A stretch of 60,447 nucleotides of DNA from a virus (IMGVR_UViG_3300025000_000108:1-60447); one strand, 5' to 3'. Positions 46,355 through 56,788 are shown, counted from the first letter of the stretch. Translations and numbers: made by a program. Notes: a model not told the origin generated them from the letters alone.

Positions 46355-47602
46355 TTAATACTCCGTTACAATAACGATTCCGTTAACACCAGAAGCACTA
46401 GTGTAATTACCTGAGCCTCCTGTTTCTGTGCCAGACTGACCACCAGCTCCGTATCCACCATCAGTCCCGCCACGTTTTCGGCCACCACCGAAGTATGAAG
46501 ACCCCCCTGGACCACCAGAGGTCGCCGCCGGCGAACCACATCCACCACTAATATTAATATCACCACCAACACCAGTACCACCACTTACTGATGTGGTTCC
46601 ACTATTACTGTTTGCGTAGTTCAAACCCGCAGACCCACCTGTTGCGGAACAGTGGGCACCAAAAGAAGATGTACCCCCTGTATTACCGTTTATCGCTGTA
46701 GCTACTGATGCTCCACCAGCTCCAACTGTAATTGCTTCTGTGGTAATACCGGAGAGTGATATTCTTTTTCTTGAGTATCCCCCAGCTCCGCCACCTATAG
46801 CATAATTCCCACCTGCTCCTGACCCGCCGCCTGACCCGCCTCCACCTTGTACCTCAACAATTACAACAGTAGCACCAGATGTTGGGGTATATGTGCCGTT
46901 AGAAGTAAATACTTGTACTGCCTTTGGCCCAGCCGAGACAGCACCCCAAGATCTCGTTCCGCTAATAGTACTAGAGAGGGTATATCCATCAGCCGCTGGA
47001 TTACCCAATGAATTTTCTTTCAAATCTAAAGCTGATTGAGTAAGAGTGCTGATAGGTTTATTAGCATCACTCGTATTATCTACATTACCGAGACTAATAG
47101 TGCTTTTAGTTATAGTAATAACAGGATTATTAGGATCTGTATTATCTACACCAGTACCTGTTATTGTTTGTAGTCCTGCATCCGCCTGAGCTTTAGCTGC
47201 CCAATGCTTGGCTGAATACTTACCTGTAGTTACCTGTACATCTTCAGCTTCTTCCGCCCACTGTTCTGCTAGTGCAGCTTTAGTAGTAGCAGTACCAGCA
47301 GATGTACTAGCAGAACTGGCAGAACTAGTAGCGCTATTAGCACTACTAGTTGCACTTGTTCTATCTAGTCCTGTTTGCACTCTATCAGCAGCAGTCTGAA
47401 CTGCATCAGCAGCACTAGCAGTAGCAGAGGCTTCTGCTGCGGTAGCCCAATACTCTACATCAGCAACCATCCCTGATATGTCTGTGTCTGCTAATTGGAA
47501 TGCTGAATCTATTGCGCTATTAATCGTATTCAGATCATCCGCGTAAGCAACATCCCCATCAGAGACTTCCTTACCAGATGGATTATAATATTTAGAAGTC
47601 AT
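46355..47602 (-). CDS. Tail fibre protein with glycine-rich C-terminal domain
   Basis: Ala/Ser repeats, YSAKHWA, LGNVDNTSDANKP, VFTSNGTYTP...GGGGSGG...GIVIV.EY. Confidence 0.85.
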   Translation of the reverse strand: MTSKYYNPSGKEVSDGDVAYADDLNTINSAIDSAFQLADTDISGMVADVEYWATAAEASATASAADAVQTAADRVQTGLDRTSATSSANSATSSASSASTSAGTATTKAALAEQWAEEAEDVQVTTGKYSAKHWAAKAQADAGLQTITGTGVDNTDPNNPVITITKSTISLGNVDNTSDANKPISTLTQSALDLKENSLGNPAADGYTLSSTISGTRSWGAVSAGPKAVQVFTSNGTYTPTSGATVVIVEVQGGGGSGGGSGAGGNYAIGGGAGGYSRKRISLSGITTEAITVGAGGASVATAINGNTGGTSSFGAHCSATGGSAGLNYANSNSGTTSVSGGTGVGGDINISGGCGSPAATSGGPGGSSYFGGGRKRGGTDGGYGAGGQSGTETGGSGNYTSASGVNGIVIVTEY

Positions 47603-47611
47603 GTATTCCCT

Positions 47612-49213
47612 TTATAATTGTCGCCCACAGATTTGAAAGTCAGTTATAAAATTCTGGACAGTATGTTGTCGTTTGTATGTTTCAGTAGTTCTAATAGATA
47701 TACTCATATTTGCACCAAGACCTTGGATTGGAAATTTAATTCTATTGGTGCTCTCAGAACCACTATATCTCATAGTACCCCAAAGACCCTCACCCCACCT
47801 AGCTCCAGCAGCTAAGAGGTCAATACCAAATATCCCAGACCGAGGTACATAACCGGAGAGATAATCAAATGCAAATCGAATATCCACTGTAAGATCGCTG
47901 ATGGAAGCTATCTCAAACAAGACTTCTTTAAATCTCTTCCAGTTCCTTGGAGACTTATAATGGTAGAAAGCTGTAGTCATTAATGTACTTATTGCACTTC
48001 CGTCGAAGGAAGTACCTGAGTCCATCTGATATACATACCCATCGGTAGAAGCAAAGAAGATAACAATATTTCCATTTGTATCCTCACCTTCTGTAACTTT
48101 CAAAACAGGTTTTATAAAATCTATAACTGTAACTCCCCTCAGTTTCTTATTCAGAAATGAGAAGTAAAGTCCACCACCATTAGAGAAATACAATCTATAT
48201 TGATTCAGATCTCTAGATACAGTAGCACATGTTATAAGTTGCTTATTATTCTGTAGTGTTTTCTGTACACGCTGAGAGAGACTATTAGCTTTGAAATCAC
48301 CATACTCTTGCGCAGCTTCTATACTAGATACACCTCTATCATCCATATAGATAATAGTGCCAAATATCCTCTGAGCTGTAGATGAGAATGCTCCTGAGAA
48401 GTTAGAGTAGGACTCAACTACAAAGTCATCAGCAGAGTAACCATTAACAACCCTAATAGCTTCGTCGCAAAAGACGACCAAAGAGTTACCAACTGAGGCT
48501 ATCAGGTTCGTTATCTCTCTACCCATTCCAAACTCACCAGATGATGTAGTCCAATCTGTTGGATCACCAGCAGTTGAGTATTGTAGACTACCCCCTGTAT
48601 ATGCTAACCAGAGTCTATCATTGTGTGCTATCAGATTAATAGGTTTATCATTAGCACCTATACCAGCATTGTTTATTGTAGTTACTGTAGAACCATCATA
48701 AGATCTTGCCTGATTTACACCATCTACCCAGAACATTGAGAAATCGTCTGGATCTCCTGTGAAATTATAATTAACAAACTTATAGTTTCCATTAGGATCT
48801 AGCGGATCTCCTGAAGTATCTATCTCATCCCAACCTGTTGCTGTAGCTACATACATGCCTGCCGTAGCCCCACCTACTTTGTTTCTAAATGCGTAGACAT
48901 CTCCTTCAAATATGTGTACACTAAGAACAGCACCTGTACCTGGGACTTCTGTAATCGCAGCTCTCCTAGTGTCCTGTGCCGAATGACTCTCATCTGTCGC
49001 CCCCACAGAGGATGGCTTTGCAGTCCCATCATATCTCTCGTAGCCCTTCACAGATATGTATCCGCCCTGTGAACCCTCTACGAGTTGATAGTTATATCCT
49101 GATATAAGCTCTCCACCTTTCAACTCTATGGAGCTTACATTCTCATTTAAACCCCCATCCATAATAACAGGTTCACTTCTAACAGGGGCGAATCTTACTC
49201 TTCTGTTTTTCAT
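47612..49213 (-). CDS. Tail tubular / nozzle protein (P22 gp10 / T7 gp12-like)
   Basis: GGLN N-terminus, beta-propeller composition, synteny. Confidence 0.75.
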   Translation of the reverse strand: MKNRRVRFAPVRSEPVIMDGGLNENVSSIELKGGELISGYNYQLVEGSQGGYISVKGYERYDGTAKPSSVGATDESHSAQDTRRAAITEVPGTGAVLSVHIFEGDVYAFRNKVGGATAGMYVATATGWDEIDTSGDPLDPNGNYKFVNYNFTGDPDDFSMFWVDGVNQARSYDGSTVTTINNAGIGANDKPINLIAHNDRLWLAYTGGSLQYSTAGDPTDWTTSSGEFGMGREITNLIASVGNSLVVFCDEAIRVVNGYSADDFVVESYSNFSGAFSSTAQRIFGTIIYMDDRGVSSIEAAQEYGDFKANSLSQRVQKTLQNNKQLITCATVSRDLNQYRLYFSNGGGLYFSFLNKKLRGVTVIDFIKPVLKVTEGEDTNGNIVIFFASTDGYVYQMDSGTSFDGSAISTLMTTAFYHYKSPRNWKRFKEVLFEIASISDLTVDIRFAFDYLSGYVPRSGIFGIDLLAAGARWGEGLWGTMRYSGSESTNRIKFPIQGLGANMSISIRTTETYKRQHTVQNFITDFQICGRQL

Positions 49214-49215
49214 TT

Positions 49216-49893
49216 TTAAGCTATACCTGTTACTCTTATCTTCTTCTCTGGTAAGTACGCTCTTTGCAGCGCACCGTAAAGTTTTGCATGATCGTATGAG
49301 TACTTATCATAAATCTCAGGGGTACTCACAGCAGCACAATATTTAGAGACTGCTTCGTATACAATTACGAGATGAAAATGAGATGGCATCTCAGGAGTGT
49401 CACTATCAGTTACAAGTGTCTGAGGTTTCTTCTGGTAATCTATTCGGACTGCATAGGTACTATCAGGTCTGTTAACCACAATCGCTTCATCATAAGGTCT
49501 AATAGTCCACTCAGATATCTTGTTATTATCTGCTGCTGTATCGTTTAGGTGGCGATAAGCCCAGTTATCATAATCGAGATAATTAGCTGGTTTCTTTTTA
49601 CTATCAGTATCTGTCCAATAAAAAGTATCTTCTCTCCATTTACCTAATCTGTGGCTAGAAGTGGCAAAGACAGTAAATGGTGTGTATACCTCAGTTCCTA
49701 CAGCCACATTAAAAGTAGCTTGACTTCTCATCCATCTCCAATCATCCCTGGAGTTTTGAATATCGAGCCAAGCATCAGACACTACATTAACGAGATCTAC
49801 TTCAGCACCAGCAGCACCTAATATAGAAGAAGGACCAGTTCCTTGCATTCCTACTCGACCTCTTACAGCCCTTACAAGCTCGATAAAAGTCAT
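49216..49893 (-). CDS. Head-tail adaptor (tail tubular protein A-like)
   Basis: MTF.ELV..V, VS.AW.DI....W.W, P..L..D.D.P..P..FH motifs. Confidence 0.75.
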   Translation of the reverse strand: MTFIELVRAVRGRVGMQGTGPSSILGAAGAEVDLVNVVSDAWLDIQNSRDDWRWMRSQATFNVAVGTEVYTPFTVFATSSHRLGKWREDTFYWTDTDSKKKPANYLDYDNWAYRHLNDTAADNNKISEWTIRPYDEAIVVNRPDSTYAVRIDYQKKPQTLVTDSDTPEMPSHFHLVIVYEAVSKYCAAVSTPEIYDKYSYDHAKLYGALQRAYLPEKKIRVTGIA

Positions 49894-49896
49894 AGC

Positions 49897-50130
49897 TTAT
49901 TTCACCTTGGGTTTTCTTCCCACGTATTTCACAAAAGTCTTAGTTGACGGTTCCATCTTTACTTCTTCAACACTCTTAAGTGCAGACATATCTACTTCAA
50001 CTGATTTAGTGTTATCTTCTTTTTCTACAACTTCCCAATCATTTGATTCTGATTTGAGCTTTGCTTCTCCGATTACATAAATACCACCATTAAACTTACT
50101 CTTAACGGTGAACATCTTTTCATTTCTCAA
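49897..50130 (-). CDS. Small hypothetical late protein
   Basis: GAGGTG RBS; ends GRKPK. Confidence 0.6.
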   Translation of the reverse strand: MRNEKMFTVKSKFNGGIYVIGEAKLKSESNDWEVVEKEDNTKSVEVDMSALKSVEEVKMEPSTKTFVKYVGRKPKVK

Positions 50131-50149
50131 TTCGACACCTCAAAAATGC

Positions 50150-50190
50150 AAATAGGGTCTATTAGACTAATAGACCAATAGACCCTATTT
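50150..50190 (-). terminator. Hairpin / terminator downstream of the capsid gene
   Basis: AAATAGGGTCTATT / AATAGACCCTATTT stem. Confidence 0.65.
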
Positions 50191-50232
50191 TATTTAGCAG
50201 TAGCACGTAGCTACTGTCAGTTATTTATTACA

Positions 50233-52165
50233 TCAACCAGGAATACAGACTGCTTCTACGAGAGCTGTAGGTTGAACTACAGCCCGGCCAAATACTGCAA
50301 GTCCTCTCATGTACTCCCCGAAACTATCGGGAATGCGAAGGCTTTCGCTCTTGGTCAACTGAGCTGCGAAGCTCATAGCCTCTTTAGTACCTGCAAGTAC
50401 GTAGAAGAGAGTAGCAGTACCTTCCGTAGCAGTATACAGGTTGTTAGTTTGGATGACCTTTGTACGATCAATCATACCCACAACACCAGTGCGGAGAACA
50501 CCAGTGCTGTCTCCGGTAATGTCAGCAGATTTGAGATCACCCTTTTTCAGACGAGCGCAAGCCCACGCTGGCATACAGATCCAGCGATCAGCAGACGGGA
50601 TGTTTTGTTCCAATTAACCTAATAGGTTATCAGACTATTACTTTAACTTGCGTTTACACATTGTTTAGTCTTTGCATCTTGTTCTAAGTAACTTACCATT
50701 TCATTAATGATATAGTACTTCTTGTATAGACACATATACACACTTAGTTTTCTCAAGAATGATATGGAAAACATTTTATGTTTCTTTCCTAATCCTCTTC
50801 TCCAAGTGTAGTTATTATAATTTGGTTTTTCAGGATTTAGGTTAGCTCTAGCAACATTTCCCTTAAAAGCTTTTTGAATAAAGTGAAGTACATGGATATC
50901 TTTTTCATTTGCTACAGCAGATACCCTTAAGTTGTAATTACTTTTTTCTCCTCTAATTCTTTGTCTAAATTCAAAGTGACCATCACCTGCTAAATAACCA
51001 GCAAGCCATGACCAAGAGGGGTGCTTTGGTTGTTTGAGCCATCTAGAGTTATCTCTAGAACATTTTAAATAAGCTCTAAGATCTTCAATTTGATTGTCTG
51101 TTAGAACTAAATCTTTTATATCGTCGTGAATAGAAACGATATTATCAAAATGAGTACCTTTTATTCTTAGATGTTTACCTATTCTATTAAAAAGAATCTT
51201 AGAGTCCTTAGTTCTCATTACCCACCTGCAAGTAGATAGATGAGTATCTTTATCTCCATTACTATAGATAAGAGTTCCAAGACTAAAGTATTCTTTTATA
51301 GATCTTAACATAATAAAATCAGGATCATTAGACGCAGATTGAAGAAGACCACATTGTATTTGTAATCTATTCCTACAAAAATCTGCTGATATATACCCAT
51401 CTGAGTCTATTAATCCAGCTAAGAATTTATTTAGTTGTTCTGAGTGATTCCTATTTTCCTTTAATTGTCCAGAAATTAGTTTATAACCAAGTGTATTTGT
51501 GTTAAACAATTATCCCTCTCAACGAGTTATATAAACATTGATTCAGATTTTACTCTGTTATTTAAATGTGTTTTGATTGGACAAACTTATTTATCCAAGA
51601 TTACGTTAACATCTACAATGAAATCTGTAGTGTTGTCAGCAGTCAGAGAAAGAGCATTAGAACCATTAGTTCCACCAGCAGCACCCATACTGATATTACT
51701 CAGTACACCTGCGGTAGCACCTCTGTTGTTGCTATCAGCTTTACCAACTGCATAGGTGAAACAGTTAGTATCAATAGAAATCTTAAGACGCTCTGCTGCA
51801 TCAGCAGCGAAAGTGTTCATAAGATTCAGATCGGTCTGAACTTCATCAATATCATCAATACGGAAAGACCAACTGAGTGCCTGGTCAATCATCAATTCCT
51901 TGTTTGCTTTCTCAGGAACTTCGTAAGTGAGAGTACCACCAACAACATAAGGGTTGATGGTGATAGCAGGGGTGGTCCGAATAAGAACCTTGTCTCCTTG
52001 GGCCTTAATTTCGCCCTGATAGTCCGTATTAGAGATCTCCGAGAACGCAGTCATTGCGTAGTAGTTACGAAGAACCTTTTTACTAAAAATTATGGGAGTA
52101 AACTTACTGGTTCCATCAGATGCATAGGTGTTGTAACCAGAGTCACGAGCGGGGCCATTAGCCAT
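50233..52165 (-). CDS. Major capsid protein, split by a group I intron (exon 1 52165-51593, exon 2 50610-50233; spliced product 316 aa)
   Basis: F.P.IFS.K, NTDY.GEI...GD.V.I, IDQ, DDID..Q motifs; the join reads ...NVILD|EQNIPSADRW...; C-terminal R....FG...RGL.VFG..V..P. Confidence 0.9.
50611..51592 (-). mobile_element. Group I intron (982 nt) in the major capsid gene
   Basis: P1 exon UUGGAU pairs with IGS GUCCAA (U.G at the splice site); P10; P3 CACAUU/AAUGUG; P7 GACUA/UAGUC; P8 with GCAA loop; P9; terminal G. Confidence 0.9.
50643..51509 (-). CDS. Intron-encoded double-motif LAGLIDADG homing endonuclease
   Basis: FLAGLIDSDGYI and WLAGYLAGDGHF motifs; GAGAGGG RBS. Confidence 0.92.
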   Translation of the reverse strand: MFNTNTLGYKLISGQLKENRNHSEQLNKFLAGLIDSDGYISADFCRNRLQIQCGLLQSASNDPDFIMLRSIKEYFSLGTLIYSNGDKDTHLSTCRWVMRTKDSKILFNRIGKHLRIKGTHFDNIVSIHDDIKDLVLTDNQIEDLRAYLKCSRDNSRWLKQPKHPSWSWLAGYLAGDGHFEFRQRIRGEKSNYNLRVSAVANEKDIHVLHFIQKAFKGNVARANLNPEKPNYNNYTWRRGLGKKHKMFSISFLRKLSVYMCLYKKYYIINEMVSYLEQDAKTKQCVNAS

Positions 52166-52188
52166 AATTGTTTACCTCAATATGTTTT

Positions 52189-53148
52189 CTACCCAATAAT
52201 CCTCCCTTCCATGAAGGCTTTATCGAATATCATTTCTTTTTGTTTAGCTTCTTTATCTTTGCCTCTATATAAACCCTTAGATACATCATCCATGAACTTA
52301 GTGTACTCCGAGATACTATAAGTTTCTTTCTTGTTATCATTATCCATATTCACGGAGCCCCCTTTAGTTCCTACTGGTGTTATATGTTTCTTAAGGATTT
52401 CTTCTTTATTAGGTGACTTTTGAGACTTGTATTCCAGATAGAAGGGAGCTACAAGTTTTGCCTTACGTGATTGCACAGCAGACGCAAACAATTCTTTCTT
52501 AGTTACACCTTCTAGTTCATCTACTTCTTCGAGATACTTTAAGAACTGAGGATCAGTATCAATATCTTCCCAATCAGACACAAGAGAGTTCAGGTTGTGT
52601 TTAAGTCTGTCGAAGGATTCTGTTTCCAGAGCTTCTTGACTCTTTTTGTACTCCCTCACCTTATCTTGCTTAAGTTGCTTTAACTCTTCTTTGATACCTT
52701 TCAGTTCATCACTATCTTCAGAAGGAACAACTTTCTTTACTGCTTTCTTAAAGACATTAATAGCTTCAGGTCCAAGTAGATCCTCATCCTCTTGTGAGAA
52801 GAGATCATTAAAAGAATCTTCTTTCTTTTGCTTGGAGATCTGTTTCTTTAGTTCTACCAGCTCAGAGAGAACTACTTCATTCCTCTCAGATAAGGTAGCA
52901 ATGTTAGCCTTAAGATCAGCATTATCTTTCCTGAGTTGAAAGATTGTATTATCAGCAGTAGCTTTGAAGTTAGTAAATCTTTTCTTCCAGTCCTCTTGAG
53001 GAGGGAGTTGAATATCATCTTGCTTAACTTCTACTACTTGCACTTCTTGTTCTTGACCTTGTTCCTCGTTTGTCTGCGTCTCTTCAGCAGACTTGAACAT
53101 CAACTTCTCAGCTTCTTTTTCTTCTCGTTCAAGTTTCTCAAAAATCAT
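52189..53148 (-). CDS. Capsid scaffolding protein
   Basis: DWKKRF...G/A, coiled coil, W..I..DP.F..YL, C-terminal A..EGRI; directly upstream of the capsid gene. Confidence 0.8.
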   Translation of the reverse strand: MIFEKLEREEKEAEKLMFKSAEETQTNEEQGQEQEVQVVEVKQDDIQLPPQEDWKKRFTNFKATADNTIFQLRKDNADLKANIATLSERNEVVLSELVELKKQISKQKKEDSFNDLFSQEDEDLLGPEAINVFKKAVKKVVPSEDSDELKGIKEELKQLKQDKVREYKKSQEALETESFDRLKHNLNSLVSDWEDIDTDPQFLKYLEEVDELEGVTKKELFASAVQSRKAKLVAPFYLEYKSQKSPNKEEILKKHITPVGTKGGSVNMDNDNKKETYSISEYTKFMDDVSKGLYRGKDKEAKQKEMIFDKAFMEGRIIG

Positions 53149-53250
53149 TAAGTCCTCCAGTGTAATTCAAATATGTTCCCTGATAGAACCTATCGGCCAA
53201 TAGATCTATCAGGGGATACTCTATTACAGATTGTTGGTGTTACACTTCCG

Positions 53251-53460
53251 TTATGGAAGTAAGTTGATAATTAAGGTAAGCATTTGTGCTTTACCTCTTA
53301 GTTCCTCTACCTTGTTTATTGGAAGAGAGATCAAGTCATTCTTGGTCTTTTCCAATTCTTCTTCTAACTTCTGCTTGATAAAGGGTAGATCTCCGGATTT
53401 AAATCTATCTTTATCTTGCTGTTTTAAGTTATGTAGCATTTGATTTATCTTCAAATCCAC
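53251..53460 (-). CDS. Small conserved head-module protein
   Basis: ..LRGKAQ.L motif between portal and scaffold. Confidence 0.6.
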   Translation of the reverse strand: MDLKINQMLHNLKQQDKDRFKSGDLPFIKQKLEEELEKTKNDLISLPINKVEELRGKAQMLTLIINLLP

Positions 53461-55732
53461 TCTGAATACTCAGTGCAATGTTCTTATTGTCAGATCTATC
53501 CCTCTGTGCATCTTGCATATTTTGCTTAGCAAGTGCTGTGGTATTACGATCAACACCCTCTTTAACTTTCTGCTCAAGCTCTTGTACCTTGAGTTGCAGC
53601 TTACTAACCTCAATGCGTTCTTTCTGCTCCAACTCAGCAGCCTTAAGCTGTGCATTTCTTTGACTAGCTTGCTCTGCTTGTTGTGTCTGAAGTTGAACTT
53701 GCTGTACACCAGCAGATACTTGATCTTGTTTATTCTGTTGTTCAGCTTGCATCTGTTGTTGCTGTTGAGATTCAGCTTGTTTCTGTCGTCTCTTGAGTTC
53801 AATACGAGATGGAATAATATTAGCACCTAACCCAAGAGAAGATGTCATCTCACGAAGTATCTCAGCTACACCCTCAATACCAACTATTTGCAGATACTGC
53901 TGATTACCAAGGATCTGTAAGAACTCGTTTCTTCTCATCTCCTGAGCACCCTTCATTGTGAGTGCCTGAGATCCTCTAGCAATTACTTGAATATCACCAG
54001 AGAACTGAATGTCAGGATTAGTTATCATATTCCAATAGAACTGATACTCTACCCTAGGCCTTATCAGACCGTCATCTATGTGCCTAATAGCATCCTTGAT
54101 TCCCTTACTTGCAGACTCAAGTAGCATAGATAACCCTGACGCAGTTTGAGCTGCACCACCTGTGCGTTCATTTCCATATGCATATCGAGGGATGCCAGTT
54201 GCATCGTCAGCTCTTATCTCGAACTCTTTATACACTGCAAGTAACTCAGCAGCATTAGATCCTGGTTGCCAGAACTGTACTGCTCTGCCACCAGCACCTG
54301 TAGGGTCTGTAGTTACTTGCCACATCTTAAATGGGTAGATACTCTCTAATTCCTGGTCAGCAGCTAGACGATCCACATAGACCTCTACTTGAGGCCCAGC
54401 AGCAATACCCATGTTATTACTAAGTGCTCTAGCAGTTGCATTACACATCCGCTGAATATCTCTCATCAACTCAGGGAGAGATCTACCCCAGAAAGACCCT
54501 GGAATATTCTGAAAGCACGCTTTGTAGTAAGGTCTGCGAAGAAGGGGGTCATCATTGATGACACACTTGATAACACGATCACCTACTAGGATAGCTTCTA
54601 CATCAAACTCTTTGTCAGTGTCATCTCCAAGATCACTCTCAGGGATACCCCAATCTACAAGAAGTTTATATGGAGCTGTACCAAAGAAGTGAATACCATG
54701 ATATACACCCTTGTTAGCCCTATAGGTATCTCCTCTGTACTCTTCTATTGACTTCTCTTCTTCAATATCAGAGTCTATAAGGTCTGAGAAAGAGTTAGAT
54801 TCATTCTCTAGAATCTCTCTGATATACTCTTCTGAGTAGCTCTCTACACCTATTAGCCCATAAAGCTCTTTCCTTGAAAGTCTTATGTGCTCACAGGAGT
54901 TACCCTCGTCTATCTTAGTTGCAGATGGAGATGGGTAAAAATCAAGTGGAGATACTCTTCTATTTAAGTAGCAATAATCTTCTTTAACTACAGGTTTCCC
55001 TTGTTCCCAGACCATCTTCTTTTTCTTAGCGATGATTGGGCCTTTCATTATTGCAGCTTGGAATACACAGAAGTCTTCTATGAAATCTGAAAGAGCTTCC
55101 TCCCAATCACCCTCATACAATTGATCAGATATAACCTCTTCAAACTTCTTGACCTCTACTTCCGCTAGCTTAAATATCTCATCAGCTATAGCTTCTTCTA
55201 TATCTATCTGAAGCTGATTAAGTTCTTGTACACCAGCAGTAGCACCTTCTAGGCTACCATCTCCTTTCTCTTTCAACTCTTGAGATAGAGATCCTATTCT
55301 TTCTCTGATAGTCTGAGATACCTCTTCTGGTACATCAGGTACTTTACCTGGGGATATAGACCAAGCGTTCTCTTTAGCTGGCATCAGAATATCTCTGATC
55401 CACGACATTGCTGCCCTACACTTCGTTGGTGTAAGGTTCATGTAGATCTCAGAGCCACCAGTACTTTTGATCTGAGCTAGGTCTTCAGGATCATATCGTC
55501 CATTGTAGGCTCTGAGAGATTGCAATAGTTTATCTTCTATTCCAGATGTCTGTCTTGCATCTTTATTATCCTGGAAGACCTGACGGATGAAAGAAGATAA
55601 AGAAGATTGGAGTCTCTCAGAGTCTACTTCTTGTTCTAGTAATTCTTGTTCCCTTAGAATACTTTCTTCCATAGCTACAACTTCTGATGCTGAGGCTATA
55701 AGTATTCCAGGTCTATTATTAACTGTATCCAC
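53429..55732 (-). CDS. Portal protein
   Basis: 767 aa; KGP, VSP.DFYP.P.A, FWG, Q...NA..R...NN, D..TG.P motifs; Gln-rich barrel tail. Confidence 0.9.
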   Translation of the reverse strand: MDTVNNRPGILIASASEVVAMEESILREQELLEQEVDSERLQSSLSSFIRQVFQDNKDARQTSGIEDKLLQSLRAYNGRYDPEDLAQIKSTGGSEIYMNLTPTKCRAAMSWIRDILMPAKENAWSISPGKVPDVPEEVSQTIRERIGSLSQELKEKGDGSLEGATAGVQELNQLQIDIEEAIADEIFKLAEVEVKKFEEVISDQLYEGDWEEALSDFIEDFCVFQAAIMKGPIIAKKKKMVWEQGKPVVKEDYCYLNRRVSPLDFYPSPSATKIDEGNSCEHIRLSRKELYGLIGVESYSEEYIREILENESNSFSDLIDSDIEEEKSIEEYRGDTYRANKGVYHGIHFFGTAPYKLLVDWGIPESDLGDDTDKEFDVEAILVGDRVIKCVINDDPLLRRPYYKACFQNIPGSFWGRSLPELMRDIQRMCNATARALSNNMGIAAGPQVEVYVDRLAADQELESIYPFKMWQVTTDPTGAGGRAVQFWQPGSNAAELLAVYKEFEIRADDATGIPRYAYGNERTGGAAQTASGLSMLLESASKGIKDAIRHIDDGLIRPRVEYQFYWNMITNPDIQFSGDIQVIARGSQALTMKGAQEMRRNEFLQILGNQQYLQIVGIEGVAEILREMTSSLGLGANIIPSRIELKRRQKQAESQQQQQMQAEQQNKQDQVSAGVQQVQLQTQQAEQASQRNAQLKAAELEQKERIEVSKLQLKVQELEQKVKEGVDRNTTALAKQNMQDAQRDRSDNKNIALSIQSGFEDKSNAT

Positions 55733-55763
55733 TCGTCGTTACACTCCTCGAAAGCCTGACGGC

Positions 55764-56234
55764 TTAAATCGAATCTAAAAGTTTCTTTTCTAATCTTCTA
55801 CTCCGTATATTAGGAGTGTCCTTACCTGAGTTCCAAAGTACAAAGTCTCTGTGCCATTTAGAATCTATTAGTTCTTTAGCAGATTCTTTTATCTTTCCTT
55901 GTTGAAAGTATCTGAGAAACTTCTTGAAACCCAATAACCTAGTTAAACCTAAGTTGAATGCTAGTTCTATTAGCACTTCTACTTGTGGCTCCGAAGGCTG
56001 ATACTTCCACTCAAAGGTGAGCCAGTTGATATCTTTTGTAGCTATTGATATATCTGTCACTAGTTGTTTCAACCAGTACTCTTTCTTTTCCTTATCTGTC
56101 CAGGTAGCATTAAAAGATAGCCAATCTTGTGCTAGCATTAAATGACCATAACCACCTGTCCATTTATTCTTTGTATCTAGATAGGGGTCTTTCTTGTAGC
56201 CTTCTGATTGAATAATAGAATCTATTAGCCCCAT
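55764..56234 (-). CDS. Endolysin (T4-lysozyme-like, GH24)
   Basis: EG....PY.DT...T.GYGH; L.ELAFNLG...L.GFKK; A.E..DSKW. Confidence 0.9.
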   Translation of the reverse strand: MGLIDSIIQSEGYKKDPYLDTKNKWTGGYGHLMLAQDWLSFNATWTDKEKKEYWLKQLVTDISIATKDINWLTFEWKYQPSEPQVEVLIELAFNLGLTRLLGFKKFLRYFQQGKIKESAKELIDSKWHRDFVLWNSGKDTPNIRSRRLEKKLLDSI

Positions 56235-56235
56235 T
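56118..56235. repeat. 118-bp exact direct repeat (lysozyme 5' end), copy 1; copy 2 at 57062-57179
   Basis: Identical by direct comparison. Confidence 0.92.
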
Positions 56236-56788
56236 GTTGAACAATAGCTTTCGCTATCCCCTCAAATGTTTTACTTCTATCTCTCTTCCTAGTGTCTGAA
56301 GGTGGCATCTTCCAAATTCTTTGCTCTCTGCCTTCTACAATATTCGTAGGAGTAAGATGTGGTAGGTTGTATAAAGCGAATCCAGTTCTCTTAGTCTCAC
56401 CGTGACCAAATTGCCAAGGTTGGATGTACTGAGTATTTTTAAGATACTTAAATATAACACTTACTGGGTTTTCTAAGGCTACTCTATTAGAGTATAGCTT
56501 AGATAATTCCCACAAAGAAAGTGTCCAATCTATTGCTTCTCTTCTCTTGTAGTTGAGTGGCATGTTATTCCCATACCACCTATTACCACTGACAGCCATA
56601 GCTGTGCAGTCTGGGTGAAGTATAATCAAATCCCAAGTTCTTGTTGGGATAACTCTCATTATATCTTCTTGGTAGTGCCAATCAGGGTTCCCTCTTGTTT
56701 CTTGTAAGTCGCAAGAAAAACACTCATAACCAGACTCTCTAAATTCTTTAGTTATAGTTTGGGACTCTTCACATCCAACTAGTATCAT
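56225..56788 (-). CDS. DNA cytosine methyltransferase-like protein (short phage type)
   Basis: LVGCEES, SCDL, WDLII.HPDCT...SG, ALENP, IQPWQFGH...K.T, RSKTF.GIA.A...QW. Confidence 0.8.
   Translation of the reverse strand: MILVGCEESQTITKEFRESGYECFSCDLQETRGNPDWHYQEDIMRVIPTRTWDLIILHPDCTAMAVSGNRWYGNNMPLNYKRREAIDWTLSLWELSKLYSNRVALENPVSVIFKYLKNTQYIQPWQFGHGETKRTGFALYNLPHLTPTNIVEGREQRIWKMPPSDTRKRDRSKTFEGIAKAIVQQWG

Noticed and set aside
51566-52321. 251-aa + strand ORF and the many other antisense ORFs (e.g. 38708, 39530, 40553, 31221, 53478)
   Set aside because: Shadow frames opposite well-supported genes, with no motifs or RBS.
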